Counted from the first letter of the stretch, positions 36,966-45,935 are shown. The stretch is 64,000 nt of DNA from Patescibacteria group bacterium (GCA_035291665.1 DATDRP010000001.1:146952-210951), one strand, 5' to 3'. The notes: generated by a model not told the origin, from the letters alone. Program-made: numbers and translations.

Positions 36966-37029
36966 ATTAGAGGTTATTATAGATATTTATAAAACTATTG
37001 TCAATAATTCAAAAGCTATTCAAAATATA

Positions 37030-37674
37030 CTATCCTGCTGATCTTGTTACGTAATGTTCGCCGGAAAGCAAAAACTTTGCTCCGTGTTTTTTGTATGAGC
37101 TCCAATAATTTTTCTTTTGTGCCCTTTTATTAACTGAAAAGAGCCAATTGGTGGACTCCTGAATGTTCTTTCTGAATGAAATGATAAAACTCAAAAGTTT
37201 TTCAAAAAATACAACGTGATAAATTCCAGGTTCAATTGGTGCTTGCATCGATGCAATTTCAACTTGGGTACCGAGACCTGATGTGGTTTTTGCCAATAAT
37301 ATTACCTCATCAGTAATTGCTTTCAGCTGCATTCGAAGTTCGTTTGTCTTTTTTTGAATCATCAATGATTCTTCCTGATGAAGTCGTCTTTCAAAAGTTA
37401 TTTGTTTTTGTAATTTATCTCTTTCTTCTTTTTGGGCTTTGGCAATGGGATTGAACTCCAATGATTCACCCGGATGCAGTTCGCCGGAATAATTTGGTGC
37501 ACTTTGCGGACCGAATAATTGATCCATAAAATCACCCGGCATCTTGTCAAAAAGGTCTTGTTTGATCGATTTTGCTGTTGATGTGCCCACGTCTTTTAGG
37601 GATTCCAAAACATTCGGTTGATTTTGACTTTTTTGGCCTTTCCCCGATTTGCTCTTAGGATTGTTGTTAGGCAT
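37030..37674 (-). CDS. hypothetical protein with coiled-coil
   Basis: 214 aa; Lys/Gln-rich N-terminus, central coiled coil; no recognised motif. Confidence 0.5.
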   Translation of the reverse strand: MPNNNPKSKSGKGQKSQNQPNVLESLKDVGTSTAKSIKQDLFDKMPGDFMDQLFGPQSAPNYSGELHPGESLEFNPIAKAQKEERDKLQKQITFERRLHQEESLMIQKKTNELRMQLKAITDEVILLAKTTSGLGTQVEIASMQAPIEPGIYHVVFFEKLLSFIISFRKNIQESTNWLFSVNKRAQKKNYWSSYKKHGAKFLLSGEHYVTRSAG

Positions 37675-37754
37675 ATAATTATCCTATAATAACTTCAACG
37701 GTGATGATATTCTACCAAAAAATTATATATTTTACAACCGGACCTAAGTACAAA

Positions 37755-38666
37755 TTATACTAATGAAGTCAGGAAATCAAGCGCTTTTCTTCTTTGCAGT
37801 ATGACTCTGATCACAGATCTTTGTTCGGGAGTTTCTCCACTATTTTTCAGATTGGGGTCTGAATGGCTTGCCTTGATTGCCTCGTCTATGTCTTTATCAT
37901 CAACATTTAATGATTCATTTTTAGCTATTTTTTCCAGTATAAGTTCGAGTCTTATAGCTTTCTCGGATTGATCTTTATAATCACTTCGTATTGATTGTGC
38001 GGTTTTTCCGATTGAATTGAGGTATGAATCTAGTGTTAGACCCAATTTTTCGGTCTGTTCAAGAAGCTTTGATAATCTTGTGTTTACTTCTTCATCAATA
38101 AGAACGGTTGGGACAATAAAATTTATTGTTTTAAGTAAAATATTTATAACTTTTTGTTCTTTTTCCTGACGGGAAAGCCCTTTATCGTCAACGTCCTTAT
38201 TTTTTCCGGGAGTCCATATTTTACCTGAAGCGAGTTCGGTTTTAATGGGATCCTTATAGTTCCCCAATTCAAATTCCGTTATTTGACAAGTTGTCGCACG
38301 GATTTGCCACGTTTCATTTTGTTGTGCGTTAATGAGTTCGAATTTAGGAAAAACAGCCGGTCGGATTTTTTCTGACATAATGACTTCGTTAAACATTTGA
38401 GGCAATAGTCCCGAAAGCGTCTGTTGAATTAATTTATCCCTGGATACCGCCGATTCAATTTTATCAAGCGGGGCTTTTCCTTTTCTGAATCCGGCGATTT
38501 CAAGATCTTTACCCAATTCATGAAGAGCTTTTGTTTTATTTTCTTCAACCGTCTTCCAGGGTATATTGAATGTAATTTGAATCGTTCCGTCATCCTGTTT
38601 GGCTACAATCGGTTTAAAATCCTGATTTACGGACTTTTTCTGATTTTTTATGTTTGTTTTTGCCAT
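37755..38666 (-). CDS. tig: trigger factor (short form)
   Basis: Ribosome-binding signature GFRKGKAP in the N-domain; 303 aa, shorter than canonical ~430 aa. Confidence 0.75.
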   Translation of the reverse strand: MAKTNIKNQKKSVNQDFKPIVAKQDDGTIQITFNIPWKTVEENKTKALHELGKDLEIAGFRKGKAPLDKIESAVSRDKLIQQTLSGLLPQMFNEVIMSEKIRPAVFPKFELINAQQNETWQIRATTCQITEFELGNYKDPIKTELASGKIWTPGKNKDVDDKGLSRQEKEQKVINILLKTINFIVPTVLIDEEVNTRLSKLLEQTEKLGLTLDSYLNSIGKTAQSIRSDYKDQSEKAIRLELILEKIAKNESLNVDDKDIDEAIKASHSDPNLKNSGETPEQRSVIRVILQRRKALDFLTSLV

Positions 38667-38735
38667 AAATTATTACTATATACCGCGCTATAACAGATTT
38701 CAAGAAAACTACGTTCAGTTTACATAAACGTAGAT

Positions 38736-38803
38736 GAATTGAATTCTGATATGTCATCCTCCTTTCGAGGAAACCCCGCTCGCAAGAGTGGGGAGGATGT
38801 CAT
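38736..38803 (+). repeat. structured REP-like repeat, copy 1
   Basis: GAATTGAATTCTGATATGTCATCCTCC-[CCCCGCUC-GCAA-GAGUGGGG hairpin]-GGAGGATGTCAT; arms ATGTCATCCTCC/GGAGGATGTCAT form a ~12-bp outer stem. Confidence 0.7.
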
Positions 38804-39011
38804 TATACATAAATAAAGTCTGATTTGATACAAACAGCTATCCTTTATGCTGTGTTCTGAAGACTCCCGTTGCCGGTTTAAGATTTTTTGCGCTATACGA
38901 CGGGTTTTGAGAACCAAAGCGGCTGAATTGCTGCTTCGGCAAAGGTTGATACGAATTCAACTTTTTTACGGGATCTGAGGATGATTTTTGAGATTGGGTT
39001 ACCATAAAATG

Positions 39012-39350
39012 TTATCCTTTTGAGAGTTTGGAAAGAAAAGTTGAAACCAATGTCAAAACTATAGAAGAAATGACAGCCGTTAGGAAATTGTTGATAGTAA
39101 AACCTGGAACAATATAGGCTACTACCCAGAGCAAGGCAACATTTATCAAAAAAGCTGTAATTCCGAGAGTTACGATTGATAAAGGCAGTAAAAGTATTTG
39201 GATAATAGGACGGATAAATGTATTAACTACACCTATCACGATAGCGGTAACTATTGCTGCCCAAATTGTATCGAAGAGAAATCCGGGAATAAGATACGAA
39301 ACAATCAATAAAGTAAAAACATTGATAATAATTTTCATTAGTAATTTCAT
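39012..39350 (-). CDS. DUF360-family membrane protein (phage holin 4-like superfamily)
   Basis: MKLLMKIIINVFTLLIVSYLIPGF...GVVNTFIRPIIQILLLPLSIVTLG...; start trimmed from the track's 39410 because the extra 20 codons are the translated repeat copy 2. Confidence 0.6.
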   Translation of the reverse strand: MKLLMKIIINVFTLLIVSYLIPGFLFDTIWAAIVTAIVIGVVNTFIRPIIQILLLPLSIVTLGITAFLINVALLWVVAYIVPGFTINNFLTAVISSIVLTLVSTFLSKLSKG

Positions 39351-39389
39351 AGCAATTTCAAGGAAACCGTGGGCTTTCAGCCAACGGAG

Positions 39390-39456
39390 GAATTGAATTT
39401 GATATGTCATCCTCCCTCACGGGAAACCACGGACTATGGTCTGTGGAGGATGTCAT
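39390..39456 (+). repeat. structured REP-like repeat, copy 2
   Basis: GAATTGAATTTGATATGTCATCCTCC-[CCACGGAC-uaug-GUCUGUGG hairpin]-GGAGGATGTCAT. Confidence 0.7.
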
Positions 39457-39515
39457 GATTTTATTATAATAGAAAGGTGTAAGTTTTTAAACTAATGTAT
39501 ATAAATCAGGCTGAA

Positions 39516-40550
39516 TTACTGTTTATTTGCGTTGAAAAATTCCAGCGATCTTTCTGCGACTGTATTCCAGGATGGACGCATGTCATGGTCTGATCCCGGA
39601 TATTTATGGTAATCAACTTCTTTTTCAATTTTCTTAAGTTTTTTTGAAAAAGTATCACTCCAGGCAACAGGGACCGCATCATCTGCCGTTCCCTGATGGA
39701 GCTGGATTTTAGCCTGGATCCGATCAAGATATTTGTCGAGTGAGAATTTATCTGAATCATTCATAGTTTCGAATTTAGATAGTTCAGACCGAATAAGTTT
39801 TCCTCCGTCGGGTGATTCATCTGTGTAATAAAGAACAGAATACGGGAAAGGTTTTGTGACAGGAGCCCACAATACGGTTGGATAGGCTTTTTGCGAGGCT
39901 TCGAGGGCGGTTATAGCAATTTGTCCACCGTTTGAATGTCCCCAGATGAAAATATTTTTACCGTCCCAACTGTCAATCTGACCCTCCTCAATACTTTTTA
40001 AAAGTGAAAGGATTGTGATATATGATTGAAAACGCGATTCAAAAATATTTGAAGATTCGGAATCAGAGTTTGCGTATCCCAAGAAATCCGGTGCAATGGT
40101 TATGAAACCATTGTTGGCAAGGAATGTACCGAAATTATAACTACCCATGCCTGTTTTATATATATTTTGATCAACGTATCCTCGGATCAAAATAACAATC
40201 GGATATTTATTTACTTCATAGTCTGAAGGAAGATTTAGTAGCCCGGAAGTCGTTTTATATTCCCCATCCTTTGCGGGTGAAAACGTAAATTTGAATACAT
40301 ATGGTAGAAACTTTTCTTCAGGGGGCAGTTTATCTGCAATTGAAAAATGGGCTCGTTTCAAATTCTCGTTTAATTTTTCAATTTCATATTTCTCAAAAAT
40401 ATTTTCAGGAGTTACATTTACACTTTTTTTTATTAAGCCTTCTATTTGTGAGGGATTTTTTCTGGAACCAAAATGATAACCAAAAAGAAATATCAATAAA
40501 ATAAATCCGGCCATCAATATCGAAATTAATAATTTATTCACAATTCGCAT
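39516..40550 (-). CDS. alpha/beta-hydrolase (S9 peptidase/esterase-like), membrane-anchored
   Basis: N-terminal TM; nucleophile elbow IWGHSNGGQIA (GxSxG); Asp/His-containing C-terminal region. Confidence 0.7.
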   Translation of the reverse strand: MRIVNKLLISILMAGFILLIFLFGYHFGSRKNPSQIEGLIKKSVNVTPENIFEKYEIEKLNENLKRAHFSIADKLPPEEKFLPYVFKFTFSPAKDGEYKTTSGLLNLPSDYEVNKYPIVILIRGYVDQNIYKTGMGSYNFGTFLANNGFITIAPDFLGYANSDSESSNIFESRFQSYITILSLLKSIEEGQIDSWDGKNIFIWGHSNGGQIAITALEASQKAYPTVLWAPVTKPFPYSVLYYTDESPDGGKLIRSELSKFETMNDSDKFSLDKYLDRIQAKIQLHQGTADDAVPVAWSDTFSKKLKKIEKEVDYHKYPGSDHDMRPSWNTVAERSLEFFNANKQ

Positions 40551-40640
40551 CCTTATTTTAGAACAAAGTTCAAATTACTTCACGAATATCCGGATATCTT
40601 CAAAACTAAGTATAGTAACATTAGAAAAATTTAATTAAAA

Positions 40641-41222
40641 TTGTGGAAAGGTTTTATCATGAAAAAAATTTTAGTATTAACTTTTCTTGCTTTGTTGGTT
40701 TTTGTTATATATTACTTCTTTTTCAGAAATTCTCAGGATTTTGAAGTAAATGTGGGAAATCAGATATTTCCTGTAAGCGAATTTGTATATACCAAAGATA
40801 ATGAAAAAATTCAGCAAATATTATTAACCAATCTGCCGACAAAAATCATTACGACAGACAGAGGAAAAGTATTTTGTTCAACAAAAGTTTTTGATTCTCT
40901 TTATGATAAAAAAACCGATTTAATAAATACCTATATTTGGGCTTATTGTAACGAATTCTTCCTTAACGATACCGATATTATGAAAGGATATTCATACAAC
41001 AACCCGGCTCTGGTAAAGTTATCGCACAATGGCGATGCATATGACATTGCTGAAGTAATTAGAATTGATAACGGCTCTGATCGTAATTTATGGATTATTG
41101 AAAATTTTCCGAAACAACTTTCCGAAAACTTTAGTTTTGATTTCGACTTCAAGAGCTTGAATCCGAGTCCTGAAATTCAGGCTAATAATTATTATAAAGG
41201 TATACTTGAAGCTTATTTTTGA
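40641..41222 (+). CDS. hypothetical secreted/membrane-anchored protein
   Basis: Signal/TM MKKILVLTFLALLVFVIYYFFF; probable true start at 40659. Confidence 0.5.
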   Translation: MWKGFIMKKILVLTFLALLVFVIYYFFFRNSQDFEVNVGNQIFPVSEFVYTKDNEKIQQILLTNLPTKIITTDRGKVFCSTKVFDSLYDKKTDLINTYIWAYCNEFFLNDTDIMKGYSYNNPALVKLSHNGDAYDIAEVIRIDNGSDRNLWIIENFPKQLSENFSFDFDFKSLNPSPEIQANNYYKGILEAYF

Positions 41223-41491
41223 ACCTTTTTACTTTTATCACTTAATAATTTTGTAACCTTTTTCAATTTATCGGAGCTTAAGATTTTAGCGTCCCTGATT
41301 TTTTCTATAATTTCGTCGAGTTCCTTTTTACCGAGTTTTTCAAGACTTTTTACTTTTTTGCTGAGTGCTCTCCTGGTCTTTTTGTTGGATAGCGCAACAC
41401 CTACTCCGACAGCAGCTGCTGAAACCAAAGCTGCAGAAATAGCTTTTTTACCTATTTTAAGTTTTTTCTTTTTTTGAGGCATCTTTCTCAC
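41213..41491 (-). CDS. YtxH-like small membrane protein
   Basis: Basic N-terminus, TM AISAALVSAAAVGVGVAL, charged coiled-coil tail. Confidence 0.4.
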   Translation of the reverse strand: MRKMPQKKKKLKIGKKAISAALVSAAAVGVGVALSNKKTRRALSKKVKSLEKLGKKELDEIIEKIRDAKILSSDKLKKVTKLLSDKSKKVQK

Positions 41492-41729
41492 CCCCCTCTT
41501 CGGCAGATATAAAATTTTTCAGTTTCGTAAAAAATTCTTCAAGAACGTCCAATATTTTAAGTTTAATTTCTTCTTTATCTTTAGATAATAAATCTAATTG
41601 TATATCGATTTTTATTAATAATTTTTTAAGGATAAGGACTGATTGGGTGAGAACAATGATGAAAATAATCATAAAAATTATTACCATCGAAACCCCCAAC
41701 ACTAATAAAATTAATAAAACGTCGTTCAT
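41457..41729 (-). CDS. DUF948-like small membrane protein
   Basis: N-terminal TM LLILLVLGVSMVIIFMIIFIIVL plus coiled coil; adjacent to the YtxH-like gene as in the Firmicute ytxG/ytxH pair. Confidence 0.35.
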   Translation of the reverse strand: MNDVLLILLVLGVSMVIIFMIIFIIVLTQSVLILKKLLIKIDIQLDLLSKDKEEIKLKILDVLEEFFTKLKNFISAEEGGEKDASKKEKT

Positions 41730-41810
41730 AAAAGGTTATCTATCGCCCCGATTAAATTAGGAAGGCAATAATCGAGCATAATTAAACTGGGCAAAAAATT
41801 AATAATAATG

Positions 41811-43205
41811 TTATAAGTTTTTTATCAATGTAAAAAGACTAAAGCCTCCGTATAAAAATATACCTCCTAAAATCATAGCACGTCTAAAAGTTGTTGGCCT
41901 GATTGCATACGGTAGTGATTTTGTATTCAATATGTAAAGCATCACGGAATAGAAAAACATTGTTATAGCATTAAGAACCGCTCCGGTAATCACCAGTTTC
42001 AATGGTTCATTAAATCCCAAAAGCATGATTACTATTCCGGCAAGGATCTGAAACCATAAAAATAAATAGAAATATTTTGATAATTTATTAACGCTGAATT
42101 TTTTCGGAGATGCGAGGACAAGATTTTCCGACATAATTCTTGCAGTAGACGCAAACACGGAAAATTGTGTCCCAAATAGCATCAAAGCTGCAACAAGTAC
42201 AAATGCAGTTCCAACAAATAAAGTCGTTTTTTCAGATATAAAGGAAGATTCACGCAATAAAAAATTAATACCGTTTTCGATACCAGGTGCTTTATAGGCT
42301 GTTGAGTAAGCCAATAGTGAGAGCATGAGCATTGTTAAAAGTCCGGTTCCCCAAAAGACTACAAGATGTTCGAGATTTATTCTTTTCCACCAGAGTCTGA
42401 ATAATTTTAGATTTTCGATACTTTGTCGGAAAAGAGATCCGGTTAAGCTTAATTTTTCAGTCTTTTTGGAAAATAAAGCCGTAATTTTCCCCGAATATTT
42501 TCCCATACCATAACCTTTTTCCTTAACGTAATAAGATTGGGCTAAGTTTAGATTGCCTCCGGCTCCGGCATATGCAAGGGCGCCTAAAAAAGTTGCCATC
42601 ACAATCCCTTCAGGTAGAAAAATAAATCCCTCGCCGATCCCAAAAATACCTTTCCCTAAAGACAGCCAATCAGTTGGTTTTGCCAATATAAATGTCAGAA
42701 GCAAAACAAACGGTATACCGATAAAAATTATTGATTTTTGAAATTTCTCCTGAGTTTTATAAAGGTATGATCCCGAACTTAAGATTGCACCGATTAATAT
42801 AAGCAATATTATCGGGAACGTAATATTATATTTAAGTCCGAATGCGGCTGTAAAAAGCTTTGCCGATGTAGCAATAATTCCCGGCCAAATCCATGGGAGA
42901 AACGTTGATAATAAAAACCAATATGATGATAGTTTCCCGAACTTTCTCCGAAGACCTGTAAAAATGCTTTCACCGGTTGCCAGGGTATATCTTTCTATTT
43001 CCATATTCAGAAAAAATTGCATTGTAATTCCGAGAACTGCTCCCCATATTATGCCCAAACCATAATTTGAAGAAAGGTATGGCCACAAAATAAGCTCCCC
43101 GCTCCCTAATCCCAATCCCAAAAGAATAAAGCTCGGGCCGACTAATTTTGAAAACGGCAGCGGTTTGGGCAAATCGTGTTCGGAGATCTTCAAATCCTTA
43201 TCCAT
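41811..43205 (-). CDS. polytopic membrane transporter, NRAMP-like (divalent metal)
   Basis: ~11 TM segments; GPSFILLGLGLGSGELILWPY resembles the NRAMP TM1 (GPGFLMS...DPGN). Confidence 0.45.
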   Translation of the reverse strand: MDKDLKISEHDLPKPLPFSKLVGPSFILLGLGLGSGELILWPYLSSNYGLGIIWGAVLGITMQFFLNMEIERYTLATGESIFTGLRRKFGKLSSYWFLLSTFLPWIWPGIIATSAKLFTAAFGLKYNITFPIILLILIGAILSSGSYLYKTQEKFQKSIIFIGIPFVLLLTFILAKPTDWLSLGKGIFGIGEGFIFLPEGIVMATFLGALAYAGAGGNLNLAQSYYVKEKGYGMGKYSGKITALFSKKTEKLSLTGSLFRQSIENLKLFRLWWKRINLEHLVVFWGTGLLTMLMLSLLAYSTAYKAPGIENGINFLLRESSFISEKTTLFVGTAFVLVAALMLFGTQFSVFASTARIMSENLVLASPKKFSVNKLSKYFYLFLWFQILAGIVIMLLGFNEPLKLVITGAVLNAITMFFYSVMLYILNTKSLPYAIRPTTFRRAMILGGIFLYGGFSLFTLIKNL

Positions 43206-43287
43206 GAGTAGTTAATATTAGTATATTATTTTGTACTTTTGAAGTAAGTCAAAAAAAGCTTGCAGAGGAGATATAAAAAAACCTAAA

Positions 43288-43938
43288 TTATCTCGAAAAG
43301 ATTATTTGATGCTTGAATCCTGTATTTTGTTTTTCCTGAACTCCAACACCCTTACTCAAAATGTAATAATTACGCTTTTCGTTGGATGCCTGATACAAAG
43401 GTTTAAATTTAGTGCTTCCGATTATTGACAAAAACGTATCCGGATCAAAATGGCTGATATACATTTGGATATTTTCAACAAAAGAAACAACTTGGTCTTT
43501 TGCTCCCATCGGATGGCTAAGAAGAAGTTTACCTCCGTCGTTAAGAGAATTATGAAATAAATCCAAGAGGTTTTTATGATATTCTCTTTGGATATTTTCT
43601 ATACTGTGAAGGCAAACTATTCCGTCGTATTTTTGGTTGTTTTTAAGAATTTCGAGGATGTTGCCTTCCAAAAATAAGGTTGACGGGTAAATTCTTCTGG
43701 CGATTTCCAGTTGGTTTTTCGAAATATCGACTCCTGTTACATTATGGTTTTTATTCAAAAAATATGAAATTACTGGCTGTCCTGTTCCACATCCTGCATC
43801 AAGAATATGGGAATTTCTGCCGAGAAGTTTTTCAAATTTACTAAGATATTCTATTTCTTCAGATAAATCACGATGGCCAAAATTTCTTTTTGCATATTCA
43901 TCCCAACCGATTCTTACCAAGTTTGCCTTATCATACAT
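43288..43938 (-). CDS. class I SAM-dependent methyltransferase
   Basis: ILDAGCGTGQPVISYF...VTGVDISKNQLEIARR. Confidence 0.8.
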   Translation of the reverse strand: MYDKANLVRIGWDEYAKRNFGHRDLSEEIEYLSKFEKLLGRNSHILDAGCGTGQPVISYFLNKNHNVTGVDISKNQLEIARRIYPSTLFLEGNILEILKNNQKYDGIVCLHSIENIQREYHKNLLDLFHNSLNDGGKLLLSHPMGAKDQVVSFVENIQMYISHFDPDTFLSIIGSTKFKPLYQASNEKRNYYILSKGVGVQEKQNTGFKHQIIFSR

Positions 43939-44014
43939 ATTATAGGTTATTATAAACCATTCGGATGTTTATTCAAAGTAAAAGAGTCATGACTCTGGAA
44001 TTAAAAGATCCAAC

Positions 44015-44159
44015 TTGACTTCGGGTAATATTCGGGATAGAGTGAAATAGATTGGAAGAGTGTAAGAGTAGAAGAGTGTAAGCAAAACTTAAGACAAATG
44101 TCAAAAGAAATCTCAACTTTTACTCTCCCCGCTCTTATACTCTTTTACTCTAATTTGCC
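44015..44159 (+). promoter_or_regulatory. R1: promoter/operator element built from AAGAGTNN 8-mer arrays
   Basis: TTGACT(44015-20)...ATTCGGGATAGAGTGAAATAG; direct 8-mers GAAGAGTGTAAGAGTAGAAGAGTGTAAG (44054-44083); spacer with ACTTAAG; inverted copies TTTTACTCTCCCCGCTCTTATACTCTTTTACTCTA (44119-44152) ending 8 nt before the ATG. Homologous to R2. Confidence 0.55.
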
Positions 44160-44420
44160 ATGCTTGATAAAATTTCTCTTCCCGTATCAGTCAGCCTTAT
44201 TTTTGACAGTACCAAGCGCAGTGTCTATCCGAAGTCTCTTGTCTGGAACGGACGAAAGTACCCAATTTTGAAGATTGGCCTGCATCATACATATCGAACC
44301 GGAAAGGTCCTTTTCCATGTGTTTAGTGTAGCCAGCGACACGCTTTTCTTCCGGTTGGTGCTTAACACAGAAACACTGCACTGGCGGCTTGAAGAAATTG
44401 CGGACAGCTTTACCGATTAA
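44160..44420 (+). CDS. hypothetical small protein (86 aa) under the R1 element
   Basis: MLDKISLPVSVSLIFDSTKRSVYPKSLVWNGRKYPILKIGLHHTYRTG...; preferred over the antisense ORF 44187..44426 because of upstream R1 homology to the dinB promoter. Confidence 0.4.
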   Translation: MLDKISLPVSVSLIFDSTKRSVYPKSLVWNGRKYPILKIGLHHTYRTGKVLFHVFSVASDTLFFRLVLNTETLHWRLEEIADSFTD

Positions 44421-44913
44421 ATGCATTTTAATACCCGACCTGCATTCTGATTAAAGCTACAATGGCGGCGAATAGGACTATCACTAAAACGAAATATATT
44501 TTGTTCATCTGAAATAATTTTACAACACAAATCAAGTGTTTATTTTAAAATAGCTATTTATCTATATCTTAGGAGTCTTATGGTTTGAATTAATTCGGAA
44601 TTTTACGCTGATTGAAGTTGCTAATTTTTAATTCATGCTGAATTCTTGCATTCGTACCCGGTTTATCTTTCTGATTCTGCGATAATAGACCTGATGGTTT
44701 TATTCTTATCGTGGATATTCTGAACGGTAATCGGGTTTTTTTCTGCGAAGCTGAAAATTCATATTTCATTTCTGGTGCCATAGTGAAATTACATCAATTG
44801 TTAAGATCGGTTTCAACTCTTGAAAAGTAAACAATATGTAGGTTAGGATGTAAAGTTGGCGGGAGGGTTATAACAGTTTCGAGAAAACCGCGTCTTTTAA
44901 GATAGGGAGGATA

Positions 44914-45705
44914 TCATAGCGTATAAGTATTAATTAGTTTTTTTTCAGTTTCTTTGGCTACAACAGCCTTAACTTCAACAAATTTTTCTATCCTTGATTT
45001 TTTAAGTTTGCTTTTTAAGAGTTCATCTATTTGAAATATTCCGGCAGAATTATTAAGCGTGATGAAAATCTGGATAATTTTTTTTGATCCTTTTTTTATT
45101 TCCACTTTATCAATAGCTGCAGCAGAAATAGCATAAATATCTTTCTCGCCTTTTTCATATGGTATTCGGGATCTGCCTTCGCTCATATCCAGGGCGTCTG
45201 CAACCCGGACTATTCCAGCTTCAATTGTATTGGGAATACCGTTTTTACGATGACTGATGATTGCATGTAAGACTTCTGACGAAATGATGACCCTTTCCCT
45301 TGTTGGTAAAAAGGTGAGAATTTCATGAAGCAAATTGTTTGACAGAAATAAACTATACTCCTCATGACCTTCGCGGTTTATGCTCATTCCAAGATCGTGC
45401 ATGATACTTGTCAAAAAAACGACCAGCTCCGCATGGTGATAAGACAATCCGAAATCTTTTACAATGCTCATTTCTACGTTTGCTTCAGATAGCATTCTGG
45501 ACAACCTTAAAGCAATATTGGAAACAATCTGGAAGTGAACAGGACCGTGATCGCTCATCCCCAACCTGTCAATCGCGTTGACATTAATAACGTCCCAAAG
45601 TGCATATATCTCATCATTTTGATTGATTTTCTCCAAACACATCTCAAGGAGTTTGTTTCCTTTTGTCGGAACATGTATTTTGACTGTACCTTTTTTATTT
45701 TTCAT
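44914..45705 (-). CDS. HD-domain metal-dependent phosphohydrolase
   Basis: His/Asp-containing HD motifs: DHGPVHFQIVSNIALRL ... IMHDLGMSI. Confidence 0.7.
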   Translation of the reverse strand: MKNKKGTVKIHVPTKGNKLLEMCLEKINQNDEIYALWDVINVNAIDRLGMSDHGPVHFQIVSNIALRLSRMLSEANVEMSIVKDFGLSYHHAELVVFLTSIMHDLGMSINREGHEEYSLFLSNNLLHEILTFLPTRERVIISSEVLHAIISHRKNGIPNTIEAGIVRVADALDMSEGRSRIPYEKGEKDIYAISAAAIDKVEIKKGSKKIIQIFITLNNSAGIFQIDELLKSKLKKSRIEKFVEVKAVVAKETEKKLINTYTL

Positions 45706-45864
45706 CTAAAGAATTTTCTTGGATTTTTCTGTTCGGATTTATGCCTTCCATAGAATACGTTTGAGGCGAATGGTATTTTAGCATTTTGGTAGTAATTGCG
45801 CCATAAAAAAGGAAATTTAGCTATAGCAGCGTTCAAGAGAACCCCGGACTTCCAGTCCGGGGGT

Positions 45865-45932
45865 GAATTGAACTCTGATATGTCATCCTCCTCTAAAGGA
45901 AACTCCGTCTTTTAAGGCGGAGAGGATGTCAT
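45865..45932 (+). repeat. structured REP-like repeat, copy 3
   Basis: GAATTGAACTCTGATATGTCATCCTCC-[CUCCGUC-uuuuaa-GGCGGAG hairpin]-GAGGATGTCAT. A degenerate fourth copy (3' half only: ...CCGCGTCTTTTAAGATAGGGAGGATATCAT) is at ~44866-44916. Confidence 0.7.
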
Positions 45933-45935
45933 TGA

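Larger units (their letters stand above)
36605..37004 (-). promoter_or_regulatory. aromatic-operon leader: promoter plus two tandem ribosome-mediated attenuators
   Basis: Minus strand: TTGACA(37004..36999)-17-TATAAT(36981..36976). Leader peptide 1, then a 1:2/2:3/3:4 segment set ending in terminator AACCUCCUA-gagu-UAGGAGGUU-U7. Leader peptide 2 has its stop codon overlapping AUGCGGGG, which pairs either with CCCCGCAU (antiterminator) or in the terminator CCCCG-cauagu-CGGGG-U6 ending 15 nt before the DAHPS ATG. Confidence 0.7.

Noticed and set aside
36605-37004. T-box riboswitch as the aromatic-operon leader
   Set aside because: No T-box consensus (AGGGUGGNACCGCG) or specifier-loop architecture. 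The antiterminator 5' strand is AUGCGGGG, overlapped by a leader-peptide stop codon, so a ribosome-mediated attenuator is favoured.
38720-38917. ORF 38720..38917 (-) and the MTYQIQFLRWLKAHGFLEIA N-extension of ORF 39012..39410
   Set aside because: Both start with the translated REP-like repeat (rc of GATATGTCAT gives the ATG). They are repeat-derived, so the DUF360 gene start was moved to 39350.
44590-44781. 63-aa ORF 44590..44781 (-)
   Set aside because: Lys/Arg/Gln-rich low-complexity translation of an AT-rich spacer, with no SD. The alternative + strand 'AGGAG-ATG-GTT-TGA' is only a 2-codon ORF.
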